DNA from: Ginglymostoma cirratum
Taxonomy: Eukaryota
Assembly (NCBI GenBank): GCA_024137785.1
Contig: JAHRHZ010000082.1
Coordinates: forward strand, 8,587,727 to 8,651,726
Length of the DNA stretch: 64,000 nt
Direction: 5' to 3'
In this document: one piece after another, positions 25,899-38,685 of the stretch
Layout: every line of letters starts with the position of its first letter
Position numbering within the stretch: position 1 is the first letter of the stretch
Notes under the pieces: generated by a model
Told to the model about the DNA's origin: nothing
Database searches by the model: none
What the model saw: the letters and a program-made list of their open reading frames with translations, nothing else
Made by a program: the position numbers and the translations under genes

Positions 25899-27869
25899 AG
25901 CCAACGATCTGGAGAAGAGTGTACTGGAGCTTAGAGGAAGAAGCCTAGCCCACCTAGTTCATGCCTCATATACATTGTTCAGTTTGTGAACACACTGTTT
26001 TTATTTAACATAACAGTGCCAATGAATATATTTCCAACAGGCTGGGATGTTAATGACTATTCATAATATGCTAATGAATGCAAAACAGGAAGATCAGGAA
26101 ACCCAAACATGCCTGAAGAGCTGAGAACTTAATAAAAAAGACGTTTAACCCGCCATTGAATTGCTTTTTTCCTCCCTCCCAATTGAGATCCCGTGTCCTT
26201 CTAAAACCACTGGCTAGGCTTGGAAACTTCCACCCATGTGTGTTGTTACAGTTATTTAAGAGTTACACTGCCTCCACCCAGTGAGGTGAATGCAGAGACA
26301 ATTAGGTCAATTGGACACTCCTGAACTCAAAAAGGAAATCTGAGACAGAAAACACCTGATTGGATAAGCGTAGATGGACTTTTCCTGATGATTTAATCTT
26401 TTTATCTTTAGTGTAGGCAAGAGTGCTGATTAAATCTGATTTGCTAAGCCTGGTCCTGTAAATTACTGCCACAATGGAAAGCCATGGTAGCAATAATCAG
26501 TTCCTGTATCACCTTGCCCCGTTTTTCCAGCCGTGAGCTCAGTGCAGTTTGCAAAGTCACTGGGATGTTTACACACACTCTTCCACATGTTGATTTTAAT
26601 GGTTTCTGCCTTCAGATATGGAAAGCAAGAATATTCAAAGTCACGTGACTCTAGCAAGCCGTGGTGTGCAAGTTACAGTGCAGAAATACATTTCTCCAAA
26701 AAAAAGGATGTAGCCTTGAACAAATTTGCAAAGGTCAGTGTCAATTACTCTGAATAGGTAGCAAACTTGTACTCCCATTTGTCTGGCCTGGTTATGATCT
26801 AAAATGGTGCAAGAATAGCCTGAAGGACAGTCCTATCATTAATATTTAGATAAACTGCCCACCCACACGAACCACCACTGCTCTTACCCCCACTTACGAC
26901 ATGGGGCATAATGTAGGAGACCCATTGGGACAGAAATCATGTCCATTTTCTGCCAGCTGCCATCCTATTTACACAACAACAATAGGCAACCATCAGGGGA
27001 TATTACAGGCCTTTGCTTTGAGAATACATGCACTTTTAAAAACCAGGCAGACTGAAAGATCATGAAGGTTTAATGGACCTGCTCAATTAGTTGAATAAAA
27101 AACTTCATTTGTGTGTCTCTTGACCTCATTTAATTATCACATCAGTGAAAAAACTTTGGACTAAAGCTTCAAGTTGAAATGTTGGAGAGTTCTGAGTTTG
27201 GGAATGTTTTGATAATGTTGAATAATGGAGACTGAGGAGTGAGTTATGAGCAATAATTCATCAGAGAATTCAGGTATGACTATAAATGCCAAAGCATTTA
27301 AAATAATATTTTTCGTCTTATAATTTGTGCTTTTGATTTTGTAAATTTGCTGCTAATGGTGGGATAAAAGGGATAACTGCGCAGGCGAGAATATTGGAAA
27401 TATTCAAAATGAAACTGAATACCTTAACAGCTGGGGTACTAGAGCAGTGAATTTTAATGGATCTCTATTCATCCCTATTAATGGAAATAAATGCCATATT
27501 TTATGTGTCTGAAATAAATTGATGATGCTTCTCATAAAAAGAAACCCCATTATTCAACAGATACTGTATTGCAATAATGATGTTTTAAAGTATGTTACAG
27601 GAGAAGATCAAAGAGTATGTTGTATTAGGAGTAAAGTTGTGAAATTCCCACACCAAGTTTTGAAAGCCTTTCGAACACTACTTAGCAAGGAACAGCCCAC
27701 ATTTTCACTAATGATCTTTGCATAGCACCAACTTATTCCCAAGGATGGGACATTTAAATTAAAGCAATGACCATTGACATGCAAATCAAAGCTTTTGGTA
27801 AGCATGTATTAAATTGAAACCAATTAGAAGACATCCTATAAATATCACAATCTTTTGATTTTATAATCT

Positions 27870-28080
27870 TTTGATTTGATTTATTATTGTCACACGCACC
27901 TAGGTATAGTGAAAAGTTTTACGTGTAGTACAGGCAGATCACACCATACAGAATGCATTAGGGTAATAGAACAGGGTGAAGAATACAATGCTATGGCTAT
28001 GGAGAAGGTGCACAAAGAGTGAGACCGACATTAAATTTTAAATTTGAGAGGTCCATTCAGAAGTCTAATAACAGTGGGAG
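27870..28080 (-). mobile_element. LINE 3' end, probably Rex1/Babar-like
   Basis: Minus-strand end TGTGACAATAATAAATCAAATCAAA (short-repeat tail). Plus strand has GAGGTCCATTCAGAAGTCTAATAACAGTGGG. Clade assignment is from memory only. Confidence 0.45.
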
Positions 28081-28744
28081 GAATAATCTGGAGGAACATT
28101 GGAGTTCCTATGACGTTGCATTTGATCTGTCCCTTTAACATTACCCAGTGTTTCCCATGGACAGGTCCTACAAGGACCTTCCTCTCACTCCCTTAATTGC
28201 AGCAATTAAAGTACCTTCAGTTGTGCTGGTCTATCAGGTTTGCCATGGTACGTAGGGTCTTCTTAATGCCATACACATTGCTTCCAGATGGTCCCAGGCA
28301 TGTTGTACTCAGGCCCACAGTTTCTTCATAGCAGAGAAATGCATTCCTTTGTTACTAGGAGTGAGAGTTATACTGGCCCACAATTCTTAGTTATTCCTCA
28401 TGTCCTTGAAGGGAGACCTAGCTAACAGGATGTTGGATCTGTAGAGATTTTAGTCTATGGCCCTTGCATTAATCTAGGTTGCTGTCCAAATGGCTGGATT
28501 ACGTCGAGGGCTAGAAAGTGTGCAGGAATATGTCAACTTGGTGACATTCTTTCCAGTATTCATTCAATAGGGAGGGGAGGAATTTGTGAATCTTACTTAG
28601 GATTTAGTAAGTTTGCTATCATTTTCTTCGAGAGATAGTTTCTTCTAATCTTCATAATTTGGTTTTCCTGAGCCTGTTTTAGACTGTGTGTGGACTGTTG
28701 TTGTGGAGTGAGAACAGTTTATACTTCAGCTGTACATGTTTAAG

Positions 28745-29385
28745 TGTGAGGTGAGATATTTTGGAAGGGAGAACAAGGAGGCCACATTCTCTTTGGAAGT
28801 AAGGATCCAAATGAGGTAAAGAAACACAAGCTCTAGGGTACGGATTTACAAATCAGGTTAATGAGACTTTAAATTTTACAAACACAACTCTGAGGTTCAT
28901 TTTTAGAGGAATGTATTTGTAAAGCAGAAAAGTTATATTAAATATTTATAGAAGCATTTTTAGAGAACACTTTGAATACTGGACACAGTTCTGGTTTTCA
29001 CATTACAGCAATGACATAGATTTATTAGAAGGTACAGTCAAGACTTATAAAGATGATACTAGAATTGAGAGGCTATGACTATCAAGAAACACTCTTAAAA
29101 AGCAAAGACATGATAAAAGGTGCTAAAATAATGGTTGGGTTTGATGAGGTCAACATAGTGAAGGATTTCAGGATATTTGTTGGAAAGTGGAATGCAGTTA
29201 TATGAGAGCAGTTGAGGTGAAGAGCAGAGATTCATTTAAGGCAAACCCTATTACGTACATAAGGAAGAAGGGAACAAGACGATAGTTTTGTTGGATTATG
29301 TGAAGCAATGTGAAAGGAGGCTAAACATTGCTACAGACCACGGGACTCAATGTTCTGCTCCTCTAATTTCCATATAATTCTGAAT
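28745..29385 (+). mobile_element. Highly degenerate CR1 LINE 3' fragment
   Basis: TAAGTGTGAGGTGAGATATTTTGGAAGG (KCEV.HFGR) and TTGAATACTGGACACAGTTCTGG (LEYC.QFW). Confidence 0.65.
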
Positions 29386-31611
29386 TTATTTATTGACTTT
29401 TGTGCTCAGGTTATGTAACTGATATTATGAGCAATCTGATTCCTTTTGTTTCTGGTTGCTTTTATTACTGAACATTGCAGTTTATTGATTCGTATTTGAG
29501 GAACATGAAGTTTTTCTTTTCTTGTTTTGACTTTTGAGTGGCAATTTGCAAAGATCTTGAATTGTAATCGAGTACGGCTTAATGGCAATAAAATCTGAGC
29601 AAGTTTGATGACTCAAATACTGATATCTGCACGAGACAACATGTAAAATCTGAAGTCCAGTGGGTACCTGGATAATATGATGGAAGTGCCATTTTAAAAT
29701 GCAGGTAGATTTTTCAAGATATTGTCCTTAATGAATCAGGTGGGCTGTTGAATTGTGATGGATTGAGTATGACAGAATAGAAGAGGAACCTCACTGAACC
29801 TGTACACTTCATGCGGATGTATTGTTGGACTTTACATTGTTGCACTTCACTGTTTAGGACAAACCCTAAAAGTAAGCTTGCCTTTGTACACAAGTCATCC
29901 ATCATCATTACATATAATTCAATAAACAGTTACTCTGCTCGCATTTAAGTAGGAAAAAATGAGTATATTTAAAATGTATATTATATATACTTTGATTTTT
30001 TTTTAATGACAGTTAGCAGGCTAACTGCTGAGAACCCTATAATTACAATCAGGAACGTACAATTACCAGCAATTACAGTAATGAAGATCTAATGATGTAG
30101 CAATAAGAAGAACTGGATGAACTTTGGTGACTGAAGCTTACCTTAATTATTCATCTTCTAGCAGTTTCCCTTCATGCCCTTGTAGCTGTCTCCCACATCA
30201 CACAATGGCCAATCCAATTTTTTTATAGAAATCCCTCGCTGGCTTCGCTTCCCCTTTTTCTGTTAATTTTTCCAGTTTGCATGTTGAACTCTTCTGACTT
30301 TGGGCCTCCTTATGCTCCTTCCCCTTTTTCCCTCTGCCCCATCATCCATTGCACTTTGGCAATTCCTTCCTTCAACCCTCCATCTTGCCCATTTTCCTAC
30401 TTTCAAATGTGTTCTCAAAACTTATTCCCTTATATTCAACCATGTCCTCAATCGCTTACTTGACTTCTCCAACTTCCACACCAACATTATTGTTGATAAC
30501 ATAACTTATGATGCTCTGCCATAGCAAATACACTGGGCAGTATAGGATTCAACCTTTTGGAGGGGAGGTAGAAGTCTGGGTTGCAGAAGGGACAAGGATG
30601 ATTATGGGGTGAGGGAGATATTTCATGGGTAAGGGGTCAAACTGGTAATGAATAGAAGGGCATGTGATGCTGTGAGTATGGGAGTTAGAGGAGTTCATCA
30701 TTTCCATGGGGTGGGGATGGTGTTGGGGGTGGGGGAAGATTTATATCATCTGAAGAGAAACAAGAGCGCACTATGGTGAGAACTGTTGAGTATGACTGTA
30801 GGCAATACCAGATTATCGTGATGGGGCTCATGGACAAGGAGGAAAGTTGGAGTCACAGTTTGACTTGGTGGGCCTCAACGTGCGTGAGCTTGCTGAAGAT
30901 GGGCAGTACAGGGAGACCAAGGTAGACCAAGATATGGAGGCTTTTGGGGGCTGGAGCTGGTGGGGGAATGGAATGGTGGTTATGATCCTGCCCAGCCTGA
31001 CCTACATTTCCTTCGATAATTTGCTGATTGCTAAAAGTAACCTGTTACTGGAAAATGGCTTGAACAGTGCCCAGGATGGGTGGCATCAGTATCAGTTTGA
31101 CGTGCAGAAATGTGGGCTCCGCCTCTGTGCAAGAGGGGCTCCTCCAAGGCGCAACTGTAACAGAAAAACAGATTCATATCATTTGCAATCATATCATCAT
31201 TGCTGGTGAAGGGCAACATTCCAAGATGGCACCAGCACCTGGGATGCTGGTCTATTTTGGGATGTCTGAGTAGTAGTGAGTTCTTCTGGCTATGGAGAGT
31301 GGTAGAATTGGGCTAGCATTGGACAAGGAAGGCTTCATTGGCATGTGGTGGGTAGTCAATGTTGTGGGTTTGGAGCAATACAATGAAAAAAAAACTCTCT
31401 CATGGAGAGAAACCCTTCATGAAACTCAACAGAAATGGCACTTAGCCAATCTATGGCAAGATCCAGCCAAGTGTAGGTTTCTGTTGTTTGCTGGATGTGT
31501 GGCTTGATCCAGACTTCTACAAGAAGAATTTTCACTGGTGTTCTTTTTCTTTCCATTGAGTTCTCTGCAAGGAGGGACATCTGATCCACAGTACTGTGAT
31601 CTTCATCATGG

Positions 31612-31792
31612 AGTAGGGCAAGGATGGTAGGTTGTTTCAGAAAAGGATATTAGTGAACCAAATGGGTTTTTATGACAATTGACTGTGGTTATGTGTTTGC
31701 GATGATGCTTTTTTTCACTGCTATGGTGGGATTTGAACCCATATTGGGCTCTGGATTAATAGACAATTGACATTAATCTACACCACTGCCTC
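31612..31792 (-). mobile_element. Family Z SINE, 5' part
   Basis: AAAGGATATTAGTGAACCAAATGGGTTTTTATGACAAT and a B-box GCTATGGTGGGATTTGAACCC. Confidence 0.65.
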
Positions 31793-33999
31793 AGCTAAAG
31801 CTTATGAGACCAAAGACTTGCAAAGTCACCCTATTATTTTGTCGAAGGCAAGGTTTGCCTGCGTTGATTTTTAATTTCAATAGAACTGAAACTACATAAG
31901 AATTTTAAACATGTTAATCCTGCTTGGATTAATTTCTCAGAGGTAACTGCAAATCCTTGGTTCCATAACAATTATATTTGCTGAGAGAAAATAGTGGTCC
32001 AACCTGCTTCAGAAAGGGCGTTAAGCATTTTCTTACATTTCTGATACTATCATGATTTTTAATTGAGTTGGCTGAAGACACTTTTAGTTCATAAATGAAC
32101 ACAGACAATTACCAGGAACAGAACAAAGCAATATATTTTCACATTCAATTGCAAATTCAAATAGACATGGTATAAATTGGTAATGTTTTTGCAGATCTCA
32201 AATGGTTATGTGAATCCTTCACTCGATAAATAAAGTCTAGTCAGACTTTGCCAAAAGAACATTTTCCATTACTTTGCACTTTCAACTTTTTCAATGTGTT
32301 GTCGTTGTTTTTGTTTGCCAGTGTAACTACATTGCTCTTTATGGTTTAATCAATATTCCAGTGTTTTATCAAAATGTACTTGTGTTTATAGTTTACACAA
32401 TCCACGAATATGCAAACCTGATCTAAATAAATCTTTGCAATTATCTTGTTTGTCCTTGACTTTGTACTGGTGCAGTCATGTCTATTGTGATTGGCAAGCG
32501 GAGTGTTTTACTAACCTGTAACTCCAGGGAGGGATTCAAATGATATAAAATGGAATTGCCTGCTCAGTTCATAAAATTATTGCAACTTTTGTACTAAGTT
32601 GGACATGATACCTCAATTATATACCTCAAGTCCTCTAAATATTCAAAATGTTCCATGCTTTTGTTTTCAAGGACAGCCATGATCATTTCCTTCTGCCTTA
32701 TTAATCCCCGCTAACTATCTTCCCTGCATGTATCTTCTGGTGTTCTATCACTTTCTTTGCTTCACCGTGAGCAATCACTTTTGCTGCCATTGTGACTTTG
32801 CTTTCTGCATCTCCTTCCCTCGATCATTTCACCTAGCTATCACCCTCCCTGATTTTCATCTTCATCTAAAACTAGACCTTCACCATATGCCACCATTCAC
32901 CCCATCCATTCCCTGTCACCTACTTACCTTTTCCAAATTCCCTTTATCTGCCTTCTCCAGTATTAACCATTTGTTTTCCTCTCAATGGCAAAGCACGTTG
33001 AATAGTCTCCCTCTGAATGAGGGACAAATATACATTTTTATTGCTTTTTTTTTGTTTATTTCACTTCTGCCCATCATCACATTTATTTATATGATTGGTA
33101 TTTATATTGATAAAAACCCTCCCTGCAATATAGTCTTGGTGGAAAGGTACAAGGTATTTCCTCTTTTCAGAATGTCCTTAATAATGGTATGTACACTTTG
33201 TTGCAAAGGAAATAAGCATTTTTGTTGTCTGTTGAAGTGATCTGCATATGTCTGGACTGTTTTGTATTTTGGTAATGTTATTGGATGAGAACCCTAAGCG
33301 CATCTTTAAGGCTGTAAAAGAAGTTCAGTATTTGGAGGGTTAAGTATTGATCCCTCCTTCTTATTCTACTTGGATGATCGTGTATAGAATTGAATATTTA
33401 TGCTATCCTCTATTGATTTTTTTTCCCCCCCAGTCTCAAAAAGGGAAAAAAAAGCCACCTGTGCTTGCATAGCTGTCAAGCTGGAGTCTGAGCTCTGTCT
33501 CCTTTCGGGCCATGACATTCATTTTATTGACATTTACTGATCTCTCAGCCTCACTCGAGCTTCATTTCCATGGCTACTGTGACACAGGGGTTCATGCAGT
33601 TCATTTGTCACCAATTGTCACCATTTGTTCTGCCTTGTATGTTCCCTGAGTTTTGTCACAGAGATGCAAGTCAAGTAAGAGAGGCTTTCTAATAAGCCAG
33701 ACTTCCCTGCAGAGAGGAAGCTGGGAGCACTTGGTATAAGCTGGCATGTGTAACTTATTCATCCTTGATCTGGATAGCCAAGTGTGCAGAGAAAAAAAAA
33801 GTCTTTCATAATATTGTAGAAATCTGCAGCAATGTGCCTACATTTCTGACTAAAATTGCAGAAATTCTCTCTCAAAATGTCTTCATTTCTCTATCCCCAA
33901 TCCTTCTGCATCACTAAAACCTATCCTTTGAACAAACTTTTGTTCATTTCTCCAAATGTTTCCTTTTGTATTTTAGCATTCACGTTTATAAACATATTG

Positions 34000-34108
34000 G
34001 GGCACTGAAGTAGTGTCCCTCCCTCTGGGCTAGAAGGCCATGGTTCAAGGTCCACCTGCTCCAGAGGGGTCTCCTAACATCTCTAAATGGGTTGATTAAA
34101 AATATTGA
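34000..34108 (+). mobile_element. Short (about 110 bp) tRNA-derived SINE; related copies at about 43390-43470, 43745-43815(-), 43858-43970, 45912-46050, 53745-53875(-)
   Basis: Shared pattern GTAGTGTCCCT.CCTCTG.GC.AGAAGGCC..GGTTCAAG.CCACCTGCTCCAGAGG.....TAACATCTCT.AA..GGTTGATT. Confidence 0.65.
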
Positions 34109-34109
34109 T

Positions 34110-34355
34110 ATTTGTGATGTGCCTTGTGAAGTGTGATTCATTTGCCATATCTCAACATTGGGCCTCTTCAGCACTCCGAGTTTTAATTGCTCTAATTGCT
34201 TCTTTAAGATGCACTTTAAAGTCTCCCTCACTTAATATGCTTTCAGCTTCCAGCTCAAATATTTCCTTATGTGGCTCACAAATTTTTCTTTTGACACACC
34301 TGTGAAGCACCTAGGGATGCTCTAGTATAGTTAAGCTGTGACATAAATACAAGTC
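34110..34355 (+). mobile_element. L2-like LINE 3' tail
   Basis: CTTTAAGATGCACTTTAAA...TCCTTATGTGGCTC...CACCTGTGAAGCACCTAGGGATG...ATAAATACAAGT resembles L2 3' ends. Confidence 0.55.
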
Positions 34356-34791
34356 TTTTTATCTGAACACAGTCACCAGGTAACCCAATACTTCATCGGA
34401 GGTCTCAAACAGATGCCCTTTGAGTGTAAAAAAATGATCAACCTGTTTCAGAGGCCTATATTTTGGCAACATCTACAAGGCTTGTGACTTTGTAATGAAT
34501 GCCTTCTCCCTGACCTCCATATTGAAGGTTTAGGCACCCATTCAGGACCTAGAAGTAGTGTGGTCATACATATAAACTATCAATTCTCTCATATGATGCA
34601 TCATAGACCAGCAGAAATGGCAGCCACATTGCTTACTCTCAAGTATCCCCTCATGTTTCACTATGAACAGTTGCTAAAAGCTACAGTAGACAAGGTCACA
34701 GTAATTCACCTCCAGTACTTTATAGAAAGACATTAGATTTTCCATCAGAGGCAATTATTTCAGAATTTAAAAGCCTCTGCTTTATATATAG

Positions 34792-35706
34792 GAGGCCAGG
34801 CAGCATCAGAGGAGGAGGAAAGTTGATGTTTCAGGTCGGGACTCTTCTGCAGAAATGGAGTGGGGGAAGGGAGCTCAGAAATAAACAGAGAGAGGAGGGG
34901 CGGGGCTGGGGAAGGTAGGTGGGATGGTGACATGTGAGTGCAGGTAGGTAGTGGTGGGGATTGGTCAGTGAGGTGGGAGGAGCAGATAGGTGGGAGAGAA
35001 GATGGACAGGCCAAGGAGGCGGGGATGAGAGGAAGGGTTGGTCATGGGATGAGGCTGGGGGTGAGGAGATTTTGAAACTGGTAAAATCCATATTTAGGCC
35101 ATTGGACTGTCAGCTCCCAAGACGGAATATGAGGTGCTGCTCCTCCAGTTTGTGGGTGGTGTCATTGTGACACTGGAGGAGGCCCAGGATGCACATGTCA
35201 CCCAGGGAGTGGGAGGGGGAGATGAAATGGTTCCAATGGCCTAAATATGGATTTTGCCAGTTTCAAAATCTCCCCATCCCTAGCCTCATCCCATGACCAA
35301 CCCTCCCTCTCATCTCCACTTCCTTGACCTGTCCGTCTTCTCTCCTACCTATCCGCTCCTCCCACCTCACTGACCAACCCCACCATTGCCTACCTGCTTT
35401 CACCTATCGCCATCCCACCTACCTCTCATCCCCTCGTCCTTGATCTGTCTGTCTTCTCTCCCACCTATCTGCTCCTCCCAGTTCACTGACCAACCCCCAC
35501 CATTGCCTACCTGCACTCACTATCACCACCCCACCTACCTTCCCCAGCTCCACCCCTCCTCTCTCTATTTATTTCAGAGTCCCCTATCCCTCCTCCATTT
35601 CTGAAGAAGGGTCATGACCCGAAACGTCAACTTTCCTGTTCCTCTGATGCTGCCTGGCCTGCGGTGTTCCTACATCTCCACACTGTGTTATCTTAGTTCT
35701 TACTAT
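34792..35706 (+). mobile_element. Long fold-back Penelope-like insertion, family A, including GIY-YIG C-terminal sequence
   Basis: Inverted arms 34792-35104 and 35234-35660. TSD CTCTGCTTTATATATAG 34775-34791 / CTCTGTTTTCTATATAG 35707-35723. Homologous to 50896-51409. Confidence 0.88.
35601..35628 (+). ncRNA. Minimal type-I hammerhead ribozyme core (PLE-associated)
   Basis: CTGAAGA-A-GGGTCATGACCC-GAAACGTC: intact CUGANGA and GAAA boxes, stem II, loopless palindromic ACGU stem III and a GUC triplet. Confidence 0.72.
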
Positions 35707-36136
35707 CTCTGTTTTCTATATAGCTGAGACACGACAGTGACCATATCAACCTTATAAAAAATGTTAACGTAATTACACTCATCATTCTTATTGGCAAATC
35801 ACATCAGGCAGCTCTTTTTTTTTTGCAGCTTCCTCTCAGTGCTCAATTTAATCAAAATCTCTGTTCTAAATCACAGTGGCAATCATTGCAATGTGAGATC
35901 CTGTGCACCATAAAATTCCCTCAAGACTTCCTCAAGGCGCTGTGAGCTTGGCGGTAACTGGTTACAAAAATGTACAGCCAAACTTCCCTCAGGAAGTTCC
36001 TTCAATTTTCTCCTACCTGATTTTATTGTATAGTTGTTCTAATTATTGCAACATAAAAATAACAAAATTCACAAATATCATGATATCTGAGAGTATAATT
36101 TAACAGACCAAAATTAGCCCACAACAACGCAAAGAA

Positions 36137-36300
36137 CAGATCATGTGGTTGTTATGATATTAGTGGGAGTTTGCTCAGTGTAATTGGGTAGACATGTTAG
36201 CTACATTATAACTGTAATTAAACTTCAGAAAATATATCATTGCTTGCAGAGTGCATTGAGATGCCTGGTTGTTGTGCAAAAGATGCAAGTATTTCTTTAC
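36137..36300 (+). mobile_element. SacSINE1/DeuSINE-like 3' part
   Basis: GTGGGAGTTTGCT..TAATTGG...CTACATTATAACTGTAATTAAACTTCAGAAAA...CATTGAGATGCCTG...ATGCAAGT matches the 3' half of 1690-2075. Confidence 0.55.
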
Positions 36301-38365
36301 TTTTTATTTAAAGCTTCCAAGTAAAGTTGTGTGAAATTACTAAGGATTTGCTTTCGTATGAAAGCAGAAAGAGATGTGATTGTTTAATAGGACAATGAAG
36401 AATATGAAAAGCAAGCAAGACAGAACAGTAGAAATGGAATTAGGCAATTGGGTCAAAGAAGTGTGAGTATTCATTGTTTAATGTGTTTAAATTAATGCAG
36501 TTTCACCATAACATGAGGTTTACTTTACTACCCATTGTTCCAATAATGCGTGTCTCATTCATAACAATTCTTATCCAACTCTCAGCGACCATTGGTTATT
36601 GCCTGGAGAATGACAACTCTGTCAATCATGGCTCCTAAGGGCTCTAGCCATGAAAGCAAATAAATTATGGCTGGGAAAAGGCAGGAAATCAATTTCACTG
36701 GGTGAAATTTCACTATGTTGAAGCATGTTGAGTAAAACGTGGCAATCGAAACAGCTTCGGGTCTCACTGTTATGACCTTGTGCACCTTTTCATTTAACAC
36801 TGATAACATTAAAGCAAGTAGTAAAAGTGTAACACTGCACAACTTAAATAGTTATTTCAAGTCCTGTGGTAATGCAGGATTCGGAAAAACCTTTAGCATC
36901 ATGGATTGAGCACCAAAACCGAAGAAATGTACTGCTGGTTTTGAAAGCGATACTGGAGAATGCTAGAAGAAGCCTGTATGAGAACTCAAAAAGGTCATGA
37001 AGTGATCCTGATGTGAAACTATTCCATGCCAAGACAAGATCTGTCTGATCGTCCTCAAACTTCAACTCTCAGATTGAGATCCACTGCCTTTTACCTCCAG
37101 ATAAGAAATCTTGTGTTTGAGGCAAGAAATATTAGAAAGATATTCGTTTTGCATACTTTCATGTCTGTTTTGGTGTTTTATACTAACTTTGTGCTTGTAT
37201 TCTGTACTTTTAATGTTCCAGGAACAAAACCTAAATATTTGCATGGACACATATGGGAGTATGTATTTTGAATAATGCTTAATATGATAATTTTTAGGAG
37301 CATAACTCATGTGAACCGTCTGTCAGTGAATTTTTTAAAAGCAAGGTCTTGAAAGGAGGAAGTTAGAAAGTAAAACAATGGAGTGCCAAGAGTGTAGGAA
37401 TGCAGTTGGATAGTGGCTCTTAGTGGTTGGCTGAAGAAGATGTGGATCTCTGTTGGAAAAGCAAAGGGCTTTAATATATTGATTTGAGGGGACACAAGTA
37501 ATGCTAAAAAATTGGGGTGCTAGAAATTCAGGTCTTTGAGTTGATAAAAATATGGTCAATGAATCTTGAATGTGCTGTTGGTTTCCCCAAAATTGTTCAG
37601 GACTCCTTATTCAGAAAACCTGAATAGCAAGGTAACTCACACTTGGACTGTTTCATTTGTTCAGAGCCAGCACAGAATTTATTTTTCAGGCACATCTTCA
37701 GAGATTTCTTGAGGACTTTTTTTTTAATTTTTGCAACAATGTTTTTGGTTTTCAGGGGCTCCTTTTTGTTTCTCACTAGCTCATTTATTACATAATGTAG
37801 ACACACAGGAACATTATCTAATATAACTGGGCATATGAGGTATTTGGATTCAACCAAAAACAAAATTAAAATAATTCATCAATATCCTCAATAATTATCA
37901 GTCGTTAAATGTAAAGCACAGTGTTCAAGGAAATATGAATTTCCTGAACGCCACAGTATTTAAATTTGGTTTAAATTGCACAAGTTAACATCAACAAATC
38001 GTTTTCAAAGTAACTGTCACGTACTTCCACACACCAAAAGCTAGCATCCTAAATACACCTTCTACACTGGTGAGGTCAAGCTACCTTGTTTCCATTGCAT
38101 ATTGACAAGGCTGGTATATGTTAACCAGGTAGTCACTACCCTCTTTAACCACATCTGAAATCTCCATCTCAAATTTAAATTTAATAATTATCAATTTTCA
38201 TTGCAATAGCATCCGTTGCAGGATTCCCATCTAGTACCCCTTAAATATATGTAGTCTTAATTTAGAGATACCACATTAATTTATAAGTGATTCTTTAGCT
38301 CTGTGATTTCAAGTTGTCCTGGCTTCTAGTTCATTATTTGTTCCTTTGTTGACAGGTTTAGAACA

Positions 38366-38685
38366 ATTCCTCTCCTCTTTGCAGTCTTCCTCCCTATCCC
38401 TGATGCAGATTCCCTCCCTATTCCTAATCGCCATGCTCGTTCCATCTCTCTTCCTAATTAGCATGCAGCACCCACCTTTTTGTTCTTGTAGCCTCACTCT
38501 CCTTCTATACCTCCCATGCACATTCTTGGGATCTCCTTCTCTCTTTCTAACCAACCATAGCAGCTTTCCTCTCTGTTTCCCACTCCATTTCCCTTGTAGC
38601 CTCCGTCTGTCTAACCCATCTCCCCTTGCAGCTTCCCTTTCTCCCTCTCCCACCCATCCCTCTTGCAGCCTTCTCTTTTCTATCA
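38366..38685. repeat. Pyrimidine-rich degenerate minisatellite or low-complexity tract
   Basis: Recurrent CTTG(C/T)AGC(C/T)TC..TCTCT units with strong strand asymmetry. This explains the ORFs at 38309-38686 and 38346-38861. Confidence 0.55.

Noticed and set aside
32728-33240. 170-aa hydrophobic ORF
   Set aside because: Arises from pyrimidine- and T-rich low-complexity sequence. No recognisable domain or exon structure.
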